A DNA stretch of 64,000 nt from Ranitomeya imitator (lineage: Eukaryota). The DNA lies in assembly GCF_032444005.1 (NCBI RefSeq), contig NC_091289.1:17298001-17362000 (forward strand). The letters run 5' to 3'. The translations under genes and the position numbers were made by a program. This document shows positions 11,989 to 23,890 of this stretch, in pieces. Under the pieces are notes generated by a model. That model worked only from the letters and a program-made list of their open reading frames with translations. It was not told where the DNA came from and ran no database searches. Within the stretch, counting starts at the first letter, position 1. Each line of letters opens with the position of its first letter.

Positions 11989-13854
11989 TTAAAATGGAGT
12001 GGTAGGGCGCATGTGCGTCCAGCTGGACCAGGTAGTGCTGGAGCTAGGAGCGGAGTCCAGAGATTATATGTGTTGCTCTGGTTTGCTGCACAGAACCTGC
12101 GGACATCAGAGATCTCTATATCACAGAGTATTAGTGGGTCACTCCCAAATCAGAAGGGTCCAGTTTAAAGGGGAACTCCTAAAACAAAAAAGTCATCATA
12201 AGGAATTCCATTAAACTCTGACTTTTCTGCACAGTGTGTCAGGCAGTAAATTAGCTTTCTTCCTCTGCCTACTTACTGGCAGTCAGTGACTACCCTGCAA
12301 CCCCACACTGCTTTGGAGACCAAAAGTAGTCACCAATTAAGGGCATGGAGAGGAAAAACTTTGGTCTCCTACTAAAAGTTTTCTCTAACTTTAGATAACC
12401 TCTGCGAGTAGAGGGGACGCCAAACTCATCACCGCACTTCACTTTAATGAAATGTAGATTCTTCCTTAATACATATTCATCCCGTCTGGAAGATGCCAGC
12501 TCTGCAGTTTATAGGAGTTGCGTGGTGTGAGCCTGGGAGTCGGTCTAGGAACGCTTATCCAGGGATATTATTTGACGTGTCGGAGGTCTGACATCGGGGG
12601 GCTTCTCCGCTTATTACAGCTAATTCAGCAAATACGTCTATTTTTTTTTAATTGGTAGGCATGGGAGGATGGATGCCAGTCTGGAGTAATCTTGTCAGAC
12701 CCAACTGTATATCTCCAGCACCAACAGACTGAAAATACTCTTTACAGACGAGAAACTTCATTGCTAAAGCAATGAACGGTAAATTGTTTTTTCAAGGGCT
12801 TGTCCGCTTTTGGAGACATTATTATTATAGTATTATTATTATTTTTTATTATATATTTTTTTTTAACTTAAATGCAGGTATTTAAGTCTAAAAAATAATT
12901 TTTGCAATTATTATTATAGCGCCATTTGTTCCATGGCGCTTTACATGTTATTATAAATAATAATTGGGTTTCAATTAAAAAAAAAAAAAAAATGTTGCAT
13001 CGTTTGGCTTTTACTGACGGTTTCCATGTGCATGCAACTTTAATGTGGTGTGAGAATAAAAGAGCTAAAAACTCCCTGTCCTACCATAACCAGCTCACTG
13101 ACGGATTCTCAGTTAACTCATCCTGCAGCCAGCAACTGACAGAGCAATACAGAGGCTATAGAAGGCAAACGGTGCAACATTATTAATGAAAAAATATAGA
13201 TTTTTAGCTTCAGTTACATGCAAGTAAAAAAGAAACAAAAAAGTCCCCTTTAAGGCCGGAGTCACACTAGCGTACAGCATCCGATTATAACTTTCACGGC
13301 AGAACTATATACTGGTTTAACCAAATTAAAATGTAATACCATATTATCCAAAAAATGTCATGGGGTAAATCTGCATAAAAAGTTGAGCAACTTTATAACT
13401 ACTTTGCTTCACTCATTTTGGGCAACTTTTGAGATATTTCACATTGAATTCTTCATTTATATCCATAAAAAAAAAAAAAAATCGACAATTCGTCCCTGGA
13501 AACAGACGGCAACTTGGATCCGCCCACCTTACAGTCATGTGACCTAAAAAGTCCACTCTCGGGTTCTCATAATGTCCCGACCTGTGACGGTCCTGTTAGT
13601 CCGGGTCATAAAACCGTAATGGGCTGTCTGAACGAGGCCTACATGGGTTACCGGATAAAGACAACCCATATTTTAAGTAGATCGCTGTGTGATCGCTGGA
13701 ATAAGCTCCATTTGGCAGTACACTCCCCCTACAGCGGCCACTACAGGAGACCAGAAGTATTACATGCCAGTTATTAAAATGAATGGCCGACCAAGTAATG
13801 CATGGATGGCCTGGATCTGCACAGAAGGGGGTCCTAGACAGGGACCATCTCTCT

Positions 13855-14330
13855 GAGGCAACCAATCAGGTCACAGCTTTTATTTTGTGACTATAAAAGC
13901 TGGAATCTGGCTGGTTGCTATGGGCAACACGGCAACATCCTCCACTTTGTAATCAGCTTAGTAAATACTATGGTCCGATAGATTAATGTATAGAAAATTG
14001 AAAGATTCTCCATACATTCCGGAAAAAAAAAAAATAAATTATGACTCGTGTGGGTCAAAAGATTTCTCTTTCTTTTTCCGTGTCAGCATTGATTTTCATG
14101 GGGCGCTGAGGTATAAATTGAACATTGCGCCCCTAATATAAGAGACGGATGGACAAGGGCACTGACCCCGAACCGCATCTATAAAATACACGGAGTCGCA
14201 CTTCGGTCACTAGGAAATGCTGAGATTTATATTATTGCGGTCCATGGCAACCAATCACAGCGCAGCTTTCATTTCATATTCTGTCCTTTAAAAATGAAAG
14301 CTGTTCTGCGATTGGTTGCTATGGGTAGCC
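13855..14330. mobile_element. Two short palindromic MITE remnants with CCAATCA / GTTGCTATGG arms
   Basis: GCAACCAATCA...GGTTGCTATGGGCAAC (13858-13928) and CCATGGCAACCAATCACAGCGCAGCTTTC...GAAAGCTGTTCTGCGATTGGTTGCTATGG (14240-14325). Confidence 0.65.
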
Positions 14331-14734
14331 AAGACAATATTTAGATTTTAGTCAGTTTTATAAATTAAGGTAATTATCCTGGTGTGACTTATGGACTCCA
14401 TTTTGCTGGAGCCTTTTTATCAGGGTATGTCAACACGTAAAGCGTCCACTGTTCGGATTACGACCTCTCTACCCCGACTCAAGTATTGAGTGGAAGCAAA
14501 ATGCGATCATTTGGAAAAATAAAAAGGGAAGGGACACGACAGGGTCATGAATATAGTTTATATAGTACAGGTTGCTAGTTGCATACCCTTGCCACTCATT
14601 TCCAATTACCGTATTATTCCAATGCATCTGAAAAAAAAAAAAATGTAAAAAAAAAAAAAAATATTGGGCAAATGTGAAAAACTTCCTCGATGAACATTAT
14701 CTTATTTTCGGTCTGCAGCTCATAGGCGCTCATG

Positions 14735-14910
14735 TGTAGCCATGGTAACCGTCAGCAAAACAAGGCTAGTTTAGTCTGGCCCTGCAGTCTTCCATTTGCC
14801 GACCTGATTCTTCTCGTTACTTGACCGAATGCAAGAATAGAAAAGATGACAAATGTTTACGGTCTGTTACCATGGAGACACATGGGTCTGCATGGGAGCT
14901 GCAGATGCAA
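14735..14910. mobile_element. Palindromic MITE (CCATGGTAAC family)
   Basis: CCATGGTAACCGTCAGCAAAAC is inverted as GTTTACGGTCTGTTACCATGG. Confidence 0.6.
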
Positions 14911-15005
14911 AATTAATTTTAAGAAAAAAAAAATGATTGCAAAAGGATAACTCAGAGGTGAGGGGTACATAAAATTGCAACAACAAAAAACTAAAACTTA
15001 ATTTT

Positions 15006-15137
15006 NNNNNNNNNNNNNNNNNNNNNNNNNNNNNNNNNNNNNNNNNNNNNNNNNNNNNNNNNNNNNNNNNNNNNNNNNNNNNNNNNNNNNNNNNNNNNNN
15101 NNNNNNNNNNNNNNNNNNNNNNNNNNNNNNNNNNNNN
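15006..15137. other. Assembly gap (N)
   Basis: Run of N. Confidence 1.
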
Positions 15138-15904
15138 AAACTGGAAATTCTGTGGACGTCCTTGAGCCGGAGGTTTGAAGGTCTCACATTCCATGCGGAT
15201 TATTTCATATATTATATAACCGGACTAGCAGTGGTTTTTCTTCGTTAAGTAAGGTGTGACATGGAGTTCCTGAATTAATACCCCAGTTCTCGCCCGCTCA
15301 GCATTATCCGCCACCTGACATCAGTGAACGGCCCTTAACGGAGCGGCGTTTAATCATTACATGTTCCAAGGCCGAAAAAACACAAAGAGCGCTACAGCCC
15401 AATCCAATGATAGATTAGGAGAGGCCAGATGTGAGAGTCCACAGACGGAAACCTGCTGACAAATAGCGTTAAAATCAACAGAGAGGCCTTCAAGAGATTA
15501 GGAAGGGTGTAGAGCAAGGACTGACCTTCTGCAGGGTTCTCTGCCCTCGGGGTCAGATGCATCTAATGACCCACACAATGCTTATGTCACCTGAGAGGAA
15601 GTGCAACATACCAGGCTTCGCAGTAGTGTCCATAGACAGTTGGTGGCCAACTCAAGGGTGACGAGTCACATGGACATTACTATAGGATTGGAACATCGGG
15701 AACCAAGGACGTAGCAATAGAAATACTTCAACATGGCCCTTCTTCTTGAGCAAGGTCATGCCAAGTCACAACCCATTGGGCTGAGGAACGGTGTGACCTA
15801 AGTTGTTTTCCATTGATTTGTCAACAATCCATAAAGGATGGAAAACTAGATCTAGGGGACAGAAGTGTGGATAGTGTGGGGCACCAAAAAGCCACTTTGC
15901 TAGA

Positions 15905-16080
15905 TGAGGGGTACAACAGGGGCAGGGGTTAAAAATCGCACCCGGGCCCTGGAGCCTAGGGGGCCCTAAAAGTCCCTTTGGCCTATAGAAAAAGACTATT
16001 ACTATTAAAGATTTAAAATATTTGGGGGCCCCGTTGGAGCTTTCGCATCGGGGCCCATGAGTTTCAAGTTATGCCATTGG
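15905..16080 (+). mobile_element. Short non-autonomous DNA element (hAT-like, CAGGGG terminus)
   Basis: CAGGGGCAGGGG...CCTAAAAGTCCCTTTGGCCTA; an inverted homologue lies at 48285-48545; related remnants at about 6125-6262 and 28900-29045. Confidence 0.55.
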
Positions 16081-16349
16081 ATGTAGGGTTATGGCGGAGG
16101 GGTGAACGTTTTACATCGGGTGAAGGAATACCTAGAGACAGCATCTCCTCTCACAGGTACAATCTTCTGGATCAAGATCATGAAACCATAAAGAACTCAT
16201 CTAATATCAATTTAAAGCATAAAACAATAGTACAAAAGTTCTAGTCACCAACTTATCTAGTAGAAGACAGGTCCGGTGTTGAGGAGGGCGATGCAGCTCC
16301 TTCATCAGAATGAGTCTGCATGCTAGAAAGTGGTGAACACTTTTTCTGA

Positions 16350-16732
16350 GGGTATATGCACACGTTGAGGATTCTCTGCGGATCCGCAGCGTTTTTTGCA
16401 GCGCAGAAACACTGCAGATCCGCAATTGATTTACAGTACAATGTAAATCAATTAGAAAAAAAAATGCTGTGCCCACTTTGCGGAAAATCCGCTGCGGAAA
16501 CGCTGCGGTTTAAAAGAAGTAGCATGTCCCTTCTTTTTTGTGAATCTGCAGCGTTTTTGTACCCATTCCATTATAGAAAACCGCAGGGGTAAAAAAACGC
16601 AGCAAATCCGCAAGAAAACTGCAGCAAAAACGCACAAAAAACGCGACAAGTCAGCAGGTGCGTTTTCTGCCACGAGAGGCAGAATCCGCACCAGAAAAAC
16701 CTAAGCCTAATCCGCAAAGTGTGCACATAGCC
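16350..16732. mobile_element. PIF/Harbinger-type MITE
   Basis: TGA|GGGTATATGCACAC...GTGTGCACATAGCC|TAA terminal inverted repeats with TWA-like flanks; internal CCGCA-rich inverted structure. Confidence 0.75.
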
Positions 16733-16737
16733 TAAAA

Positions 16738-17808
16738 CTATATATATATAGGCTATAATTGCCTAAGGGTCACTTCCGTCTGTCTGTCCTTCTGTCTGTC
16801 ACAGATATTCATTGGTCGTGGCCTCTGTCAGTCATGGAAATCCAAGTCGCTGATTGGTCGTTGCAAAACAGCCACGACCAATCAGCGACGGGCACAGTCC
16901 AGAAGAAAATGGCCGCTCCTTCCTCCCCACAGTCAGTGCCCGGCGCCCGCATACTCCCCTCCGGTCACCGCTCACATAGGGTTAATGCCAGCGGTAACGG
17001 ACCGCGTTATGCCGCGGGTAACTCACTCCGTTACCGCCGCTATTAACCCTGTGTGACCAAGTTATTATTATTGATGCTGCCTATGCAGCGTCAATAGTTA
17101 AAAGATCTAATGTTAAAAATAATTTTAAAAAAATCATCATATACTCACCCTCCGGCGCCTTTCCCGCTCTTCGCCCACGTTCCGGTGCTAAGGATGGTAT
17201 GCGACAAGGACCTTCCATGACATCACGGTCATGTGACCGCGACGTCATCACAGGCCCTGCGTGCCTGAGCGAGAAGGACCTGCCATGACGTCACGGTCAT
17301 GTGACCGTTACGTCATGGCAGGTCCTTCTCGCGCAGGCGCGAAGAAGCTGCGGTACCATGGAACGGGCAGGGACAGCGACAGGAGCAGGTGAGTATTTCA
17401 TATTCACCTGTCCGCATTCCATCCGCCGGGCGCCGCTCCGTCTTCCCGTCCTCTTGCAGTGACTGTTCAGGTCAGAGGGCGCGATGACGTATTAGTGTGC
17501 GCGCCGCCCTCTGCCTGAACAGTCAGTGCGGAGAGACGGGACGCTGAGGAGCAGCAAAGAGAGGTGAGTATGTAATTTTTTATTTTCTTTTTATTGCAGC
17601 AGCAGCATTACATGTGGCACAATGCTGTATGGAGCATCTGTGGGGCCATAACTGCATGGAGCATTATAAGGGACATCTATGGGGCCATAATGAACTGCAT
17701 GGAGCATTATATGGAGCATCTATGGGGCCATAACTGCATGGAGCATTATACTACGTGGACATGCATATTCTAGAATACCCGATGCGTTAGAATCGGGCCA
17801 CCATCTAG
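16738..17808 (+). mobile_element. Non-autonomous Helitron, copy 1
   Basis: 5' CTATATATAT..AATTGCCTAAGGGTCACTTCCGTCTGTCTGTC; 3' hairpin CCCGAT-GCGTTAGA-ATCGGG then CCACCATCTAG|T; same ends as copies at 38250 and 39372; internal 64-nt palindrome at 17269-17332. Confidence 0.85.
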
Positions 17809-17827
17809 TATATATATAATATATTTT

Positions 17828-19206
17828 AGTACAGACCAAAAGTTTGGACACACCTTCTCATTTAGAAAATCTTCTGCATTTTCATGACTATGAAAATTGT
17901 ATATTCACACTGAATGCATCAAAACTATGAGTTTCAAAACTATGAGTTAACACATGTGGAATTATATACTTAACAAAAAAGTGTGAAAGAACTGAAAATA
18001 GGTCTCATATTCTAGGTTCTTCAAAGTAGCCACCTTTGCTTTGATGACTGCTTTGCACACTCTTGGCATTCTCTTGATGAGCTTCAAGAAGTAGTCGCCG
18101 GGAATGGTTTTCACTTCACAGGTGTGCCCTGTCAGGTTTAAAAAGTGGGATTTCTTGCCTTATAAATGGGGTTGGGACCATCGGTTGTGTTGTGCAGAAG
18201 TCTGGTGGATACACAGCTGATAGTCCTACTGAATAGACTGTTAGAATTTGTATTATGGCAAGAAAAAAGCAGCTAAGTAAAGAAAAACGAGTGGCCATCA
18301 TTACTTTAAGAAATGAAGGTCAGTCAGTCCGAAAAATTGGGAAAACTATGAAAGTGTCCCCAAGTGCAGTTGCAAAAACCATCAAGCGCTACAAAGAAAC
18401 TGGCTCACATGAGGACCGCCCCAGGAAAGGAAGACCAAGAGTCACCTCTGCTTCTGAGGATAAGTTTATCTGAGTCACCAGCCTCAGAAATCGCAGGTTA
18501 ACAGCAGCTCAGATTAGAGACCAGGTCAATGCCACACAGAGTTCTAGAAGCAGACACATCTCTACAACAACTGTTAAGAGGAGACTTTGTGCAGCAGGCT
18601 TTCATGGTAAAATAGCTGCTAGGAAACCACTGCTAAGGACAGGCAACAAGCAGAAGAGACTTTTTTGGGGCTAAAGAACACAAGGAATGGACATTAGACC
18701 AGTGGAAATCTGTGCTTTGGTCTGATAAGTCCAAATTTGAGATCTTTGGTTCCAACCACCGTGTCCTTGTGTGATGCTGTGTAAGGGCTATTTGACCAAG
18801 AAGGAGAGTGATGGGGTGCTACGCCAGATGACCTGGCCTCCACAATCACCAGACCTGAACCCAATCAAGATGGTTTGGGGTGAGCTGGACCGCAGGGTGA
18901 AGGCAAAAGGGCAACAAGTGCTAAGCATCTCTGAGAACTCCTTCAAGATTGTTGGAAGACCATTCCCGGTGACTACCTCTTGAAGCTCATCAAGAGAATG
19001 TCAAGAGTGTGCAAAGCAGTCATCAAAGCAAAAGGTGGCTACTTTGAAGAACCTAGAATATAAGACATAATTTCAGTTGTTTCACACTTTTGTGTTAAGT
19101 ATATAATTCCACATGTGTTAATTCATAGTTCTGATGCCTTCAGTGTGAATGTACAATTTTCACAGTCATGAAAATACAGAAAAATCTTTAACTGAGAAGG
19201 TGTGTC
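17828..19206 (+). mobile_element. Tc1/mariner transposon with about 210-bp TIRs, internally deleted; right end runs into a gap
   Basis: Left TIR GTACAGACCAAAAGTTTGGACACACCTTCTC...TTCAAAGTAGCCACCTTT is mirrored at 19030-19206; encloses transposase remnants. Confidence 0.95.
18255..18990 (+). pseudogene. Tc1 transposase pseudogene
   Basis: MARKKQLSKEKRVAIITLRNEGQSVRKI..GRPRVTS (paired-like HTH), premature TGA at 18471, frameshifts, deletion of the central catalytic region, then WPPQSPDLNPI motif. Confidence 0.92.
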
Positions 19207-19368
19207 NNNNNNNNNNNNNNNNNNNNNNNNNNNNNNNNNNNNNNNNNNNNNNNNNNNNNNNNNNNNNNNNNNNNNNNNNNNNNNNNNNNNNNNNNNNNNN
19301 NNNNNNNNNNNNNNNNNNNNNNNNNNNNNNNNNNNNNNNNNNNNNNNNNNNNNNNNNNNNNNNNNNNN
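19207..19368. other. Assembly gap (N)
   Basis: Run of N. Confidence 1.
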
Positions 19369-20164
19369 TAAAGCAACATGTAAAGTTAATTGTCGGGGGC
19401 CTACGATATGGAGAATAGCCCTTTGACTGCATAGTAAAGGGTAATATTTTCTGTGTAAATGCTTTATTTTCATTAAGCTATTTCATTGCTTTAGGCTTTT
19501 ACCATCAGTGAGAAGTTCCTAATTCTCCCCTAACAATCGCACTACAGAACGCGTCTCGATTCTGGCAGTCCTCCATTAAAGGTCAAGTGTTTACAAGCTT
19601 CGCTTAGGGTCCGATTGCATCTATAACTGGCATTCATTTCCTCTCATAGCTTTAGAATAAGGTGACATAGCCGGATACTTTTTTTTTCTCAGCGTAGCAG
19701 TCGTATAATCCAGTACATCGTCCATTTCTGCAGCTAGATTTCTTACTGGGAAAGTTGAGTGAAAACTAATATGGCTGCCTTGACATCTACATTTGACTTA
19801 AGCTTTCCAGGACTTCTGAACAACTCAGCTGCTTAAATTTCCGATTAATAAAAGGAAAACCCCGTCAAACAAAGAGTGGGTCTTGCTCTGGCGAACCATA
19901 TATAATGAAATACCAAAAAAAATAAAATCCCTGGATTTGCTTTTCGATAATTTACAAGACCCCAGGCAACAGAGGGGTTTAATGGTGCCCAAATATTGAC
20001 ATGACACTGGCAGTCATGTGTGAAATGAGACTTGGGAGCTAAAAGTAGCTTGTGCAAGCAAAGAAGAAGTACTGCACCTTTCCTGCCGATGTAGCTGTTC
20101 ATTTCCTGGGAACCTACAAATCCAAGGCACGGCTGAAACAGTCATAAATCTAGAAGAACCAACT

Positions 20165-21345
20165 ATGGATACAAGACCAAAATCTTTCCAAAAGAGCAAA
20201 GCCTACCAGAGGCCAGCAAAGACGCGAGACCTACCAGAGGCCAGCAAAGGCGCGAGACGTACCAGAGGTCAGCAAAGGTGCGAGACCCACCAAAGGCCAG
20301 CAATGATGCGAGCCCCACCAAAGGCCAGCAAAGACGCGAGCCCCACCAAAGGCCAGCAAAGACGCGAGCCCCACCAAAGGCCAGCAAAGACGCGAGACCC
20401 ACCAAAGGCCAGCAAATACACGAGACCCCAAGGCCAGCAAAGACGCGAGACCCACCAAAGGCCAGCAAAGACACGAGACCCACCAAAGGCCAGCAAAGAC
20501 GCGAGACCCACCAATGGCCAGCAAAGACGCGAGACCTACCAAAGGCCAGCAAATACACGAGACCCACCAAAGGGCAGCAAAGAAGCGAGACCTACCAAAA
20601 GCCAGCAAAGACATGAGCGCTACAACAGGCCAGCAAAGACGTGAGACCTACCAAAGGCCAGCAAAAATGCGAGACCTACCAAAGGCCAGCAAAGACGCGA
20701 GACCTACCAAAGGCAGCAAAGACGCGAGACCTACCAAAGACAGCAAAGACACGAGACCTACCAAAGGCCAGCAAAGACGCGAGACCTACCAAAGGCCAGC
20801 AAAGACGCGAGACCTACCAAAGGCCAGCAAAGACGCGAGACCTACCAAAGACAGCAAAGACACGAGACCTACCAAAGGCCAGCAAAGACGCGAGACCTAC
20901 CAAAGGCCAGCAAAGACGCGAGACCTACCAAAGGCCAGCAAAGACGCGAGACCTACCAAAGGCAGCAAAGACACGAGACCTACCAAAGGCCAGCAAAGAC
21001 GCGAGAGCTATCACAGGCCAGCAAAGATGTGAGAGCTATCAAAGGCCAGCAAAGACGCGAGAGCTACCAGAGGCCAACAAAGACATGAGACCTACCAAAG
21101 GCCAGCAAAGACACGAGACCTACCAAAGGCAGCAAAGACGCGAGAGCTATCACAGGCCAGCAAAGACGTGAGAGCTATCACAGGCCAGCAAAGACGCGAG
21201 AGCTACCAGAGGCCAACAAAGACATGAGACCTACCAAAGGCCAACAAAGACGCAAGACCTACCAAAGGCCAAAAAAAGACATAAGACCCATCAAACCCCA
21301 GGAAAAACGCAAGACCTATCAAACCCTAACAAAGAAGAGAGACCT
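20165..21345. repeat. 28-bp minisatellite, about 42 copies (AGGCCAGCAAAGACGCGAGACCTACCAA)
   Basis: Period of 28 (20811 and 20839); variants CACG/CGTG/CATG at the CGCG; explains ORFs at 20163-21171. Confidence 0.95.
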
Positions 21346-22660
21346 ACACAAACTTGCCAGGGATACAAAAGGGACAGATGCGTAACCATTTATTTCTACC
21401 TGCTTGGGACAGTTGGAATTTACCAGGTCCATCATCAAAAATCTGAATTCTTTGATTTTTTTTTTTGTTAAACTAATTATGCCACTATACCGACAAATCC
21501 TTAAGCTACATCGCCGCCTATCAAACTCCCAAAAGACCACCAAGGAGATTATAAAAAAGATACGTCTAGGTTCTGAAAGTTGTGAAAAGAACTATGTCCT
21601 TCAACATTGATCAAAGAACATGTCCTACTCTCAACTACCAATGAGCCACCAAGAAAAAAAAAATTATACAAAAATAAGAAGCCAAAATATTTTTTTCTAT
21701 GACTTCTTCTAACATTTTAGAAACTTTTACCATCTAGGATCAGTCATTTCATTAATGGAGTCTGGCGCTTCCACCCTGCACCTGGCAAAACTCTTCTTAT
21801 GCTGCCATTTACTCTCTGAACAGATGAAAGAATACTGTAGCTATATGCCAAGGTCTTACTCATGCAATAAGTGTACTGTAGAGCAGGGATGTCTAACTCC
21901 AATACACACAGGGCCAAATTAAACACTTAGACAAAGTCGTAGGCCAAACTTGATATTTATTGAAAACGTGTGTACAATTGAGGAAGTTTTTCATTCTTAT
22001 CAAATAGAACGATGAACCTTTTCATATGGAAACAAACTAAAGTGTTGCTTAAATATTGAATGTGGAGGAAGCAAAGCTTAATACTATAAATGTATGTGAA
22101 ATGTGAACCGGAAACGCCCAATTTGTAGTATTAGCAGTACATGCGCTGTCTACCAGCGGGGCAGCTCTAGTAGACATTTAGTGCTTTCTCGTGGGCTAAA
22201 TATAATTACACCGCGGGCAGATTTGGCCCTCGAGACGGCGTTTGACATTTCTGCTGTAGAGTGCACTGCCACTATACAACCTAATATGGCTCAAGATGAC
22301 AAGAGGCAGAAGCTCACCTACTGTGATCGTAGAAAAGCCACCTAGATATATTGTCCAGCCCTTCTTTAGTATATTTCCAGTGACCACTATCTTATAATTC
22401 TCTTGCAGCCAGCTCCATGGAGCCAAAATGAAATGAGAGCCCTTTGAAGAAAGCCTGCCACCATAACATTATAGATGGAGCACCTGTTTAAAGACCCTCA
22501 GCTGTGCTTCAGGTTAATTGCAGGAAGGAATTTGACCTCCAACTGAAGAGAAGTACTGGGCATATTTTGGATTCTTACCAAGAAAATGGACACCCGGGGT
22601 TTGTTTTAGCAGAGCTGCTCGCCATGACTTATGTGTGCATAGAACGATCAATATTCAAGT

Positions 22661-23080
22661 CGAGGAGGCAAGTCGTAGGACAGAAGCTCTAGAGGAGGCA
22701 AGTCGTAGGACAGAAGCCCTAGAGGAGGCAAGTCGTAGGACAGAAGCCCTAGAGGAGGCAAGTCGTAGGACAGAAGCCCTAGAGGAGGCAAGTCGTAGGA
22801 CAGATGCTCTAGAGGAGGCAAGTCGTAGGACAGAAGCTCTAGAGGAGGCAAGTTGTAGGACAGAAGCTCTAGAGGAGGCAAGTCGTAGGACAGAAGCTCT
22901 AGAGGAGGCAAGTCGTAGGACAGAAGCTCTAGAGGAGGCAAGTCGTAGGACAGAAGCTCTAGAGGAGGCAAGTCGTAGGACAGAAGCTCTAGAGGAGGCA
23001 AGTCGTAGGACAGAAGCTCTAGAGGAGGCAAGTCGTAGGACAGAAGCTCTAGAGGAGGCAAGTCGTAGGACAGAAGCTCT
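22661..23080. repeat. 30-bp tandem repeat, 14 copies (GAGGAGGCAAGTCGTAGGACAGAAGCTCTA; reads EEASRRTEAL on +)
   Basis: Exact period of 30, near-identical copies. Confidence 0.97.
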
Positions 23081-23224
23081 AACAATGGCTTTCATCCCGT
23101 CCAAAGTTCACACGTCTGCAGACACTAAATCGATGCTGTTTCAGGAAAGAGGTGATATAAGTAGAAATTCATGTAACAAAGTAGAGACTCGTGTTGTTCA
23201 CCCCATTGAGTCTCAATTGAGGGC

Positions 23225-23335
23225 ATGTAGATTGGGAGCCCCAATGGGGACAGCGTGGGACAATCATGATCCTGTAAAGCGCTGCGGAATATGATGGCGC
23301 TATATAGGCAAAGCATAATAATAATCATCATCCTT
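23225..23335 (+). mobile_element. SINE/LINE 3' tail fragment
   Basis: TGTAGATTGGGAGCCCCAATGGGGACAG..TGTAAAGCGCTGCGGAATATGATGGCGCTATATA..(ATA)n matches the 3' end of the SINE at 27620; similar tails at about 12910-12950 and 48405-48460. Confidence 0.75.
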
Positions 23336-23803
23336 ACTCCCCCTCATTGGTGGATGTTGATGGAAAACCGCAAAATGATTGGAGACTTTGGCCAATATTT
23401 ATCTAATGTGCATGGGCACCTACAGACTCTAGAAAAGTGGGTACTCACTGAAGTAGAAACTGCAGCGGCAGCCATACTAGTTACTAGTCCGTTTTTTACA
23501 GTACCTAGTACTAAGAAAAGGCTGGACAACTTGACAGAAGATGACATCTTCAAGATGGGGAGGAGGCTATTTGGCGATCAGAGGTTGTGGCCAGCCCCTG
23601 AGGAAGCCCAATGAAATCAATACCATTAATAAGTCACGATGTAGGCCGGGGGGCTCCGTTACAGATTTTAGGGTGGTGCAGTGACATTTCTGGTTAATGA
23701 CTGCTTTCTTTTTTTCTTTTTACCTTATCTACATCACACATGCTGTGACACATTTTGAAAAATATATATTAAAATGTACTCGCTGAACAATACTGATAAA
23801 CTA

Positions 23804-23890
23804 TCCACTTTTACAAGGGTCAGAGGGGTGGAGCATGATGCAAGAATTTGAATCCCTGTGCTCCGCCCCTCTGACCCATGTAAAAGTGGA
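23804..23890. other. Isolated 87-nt inverted repeat (32-bp arms)
   Basis: TCCACTTTTACAAGGGTCAGAGGGGTGGAGCA pairs with TGCTCCGCCCCTCTGACCCATGTAAAAGTGGA with one mismatch and one G-U pair. Confidence 0.85.

Noticed and set aside
20811-20838. Shared ancestry of the two 28-bp arrays (1665 and 20165)
   Set aside because: Only about 12 of 28 positions match (AGGCC, CAAA, CCA); not distinguishable from chance
20163-21171. Repetitive basic ORFs (RPAKTRDLPK...)
   Set aside because: Products of the 28-bp array
22648-23104. Minus-strand LRR-like (LELLSYDLPP)n ORF
   Set aside because: Antisense reading of the 30-bp repeat; variants are non-synonymous in this frame and it lacks the LRR Asn consensus
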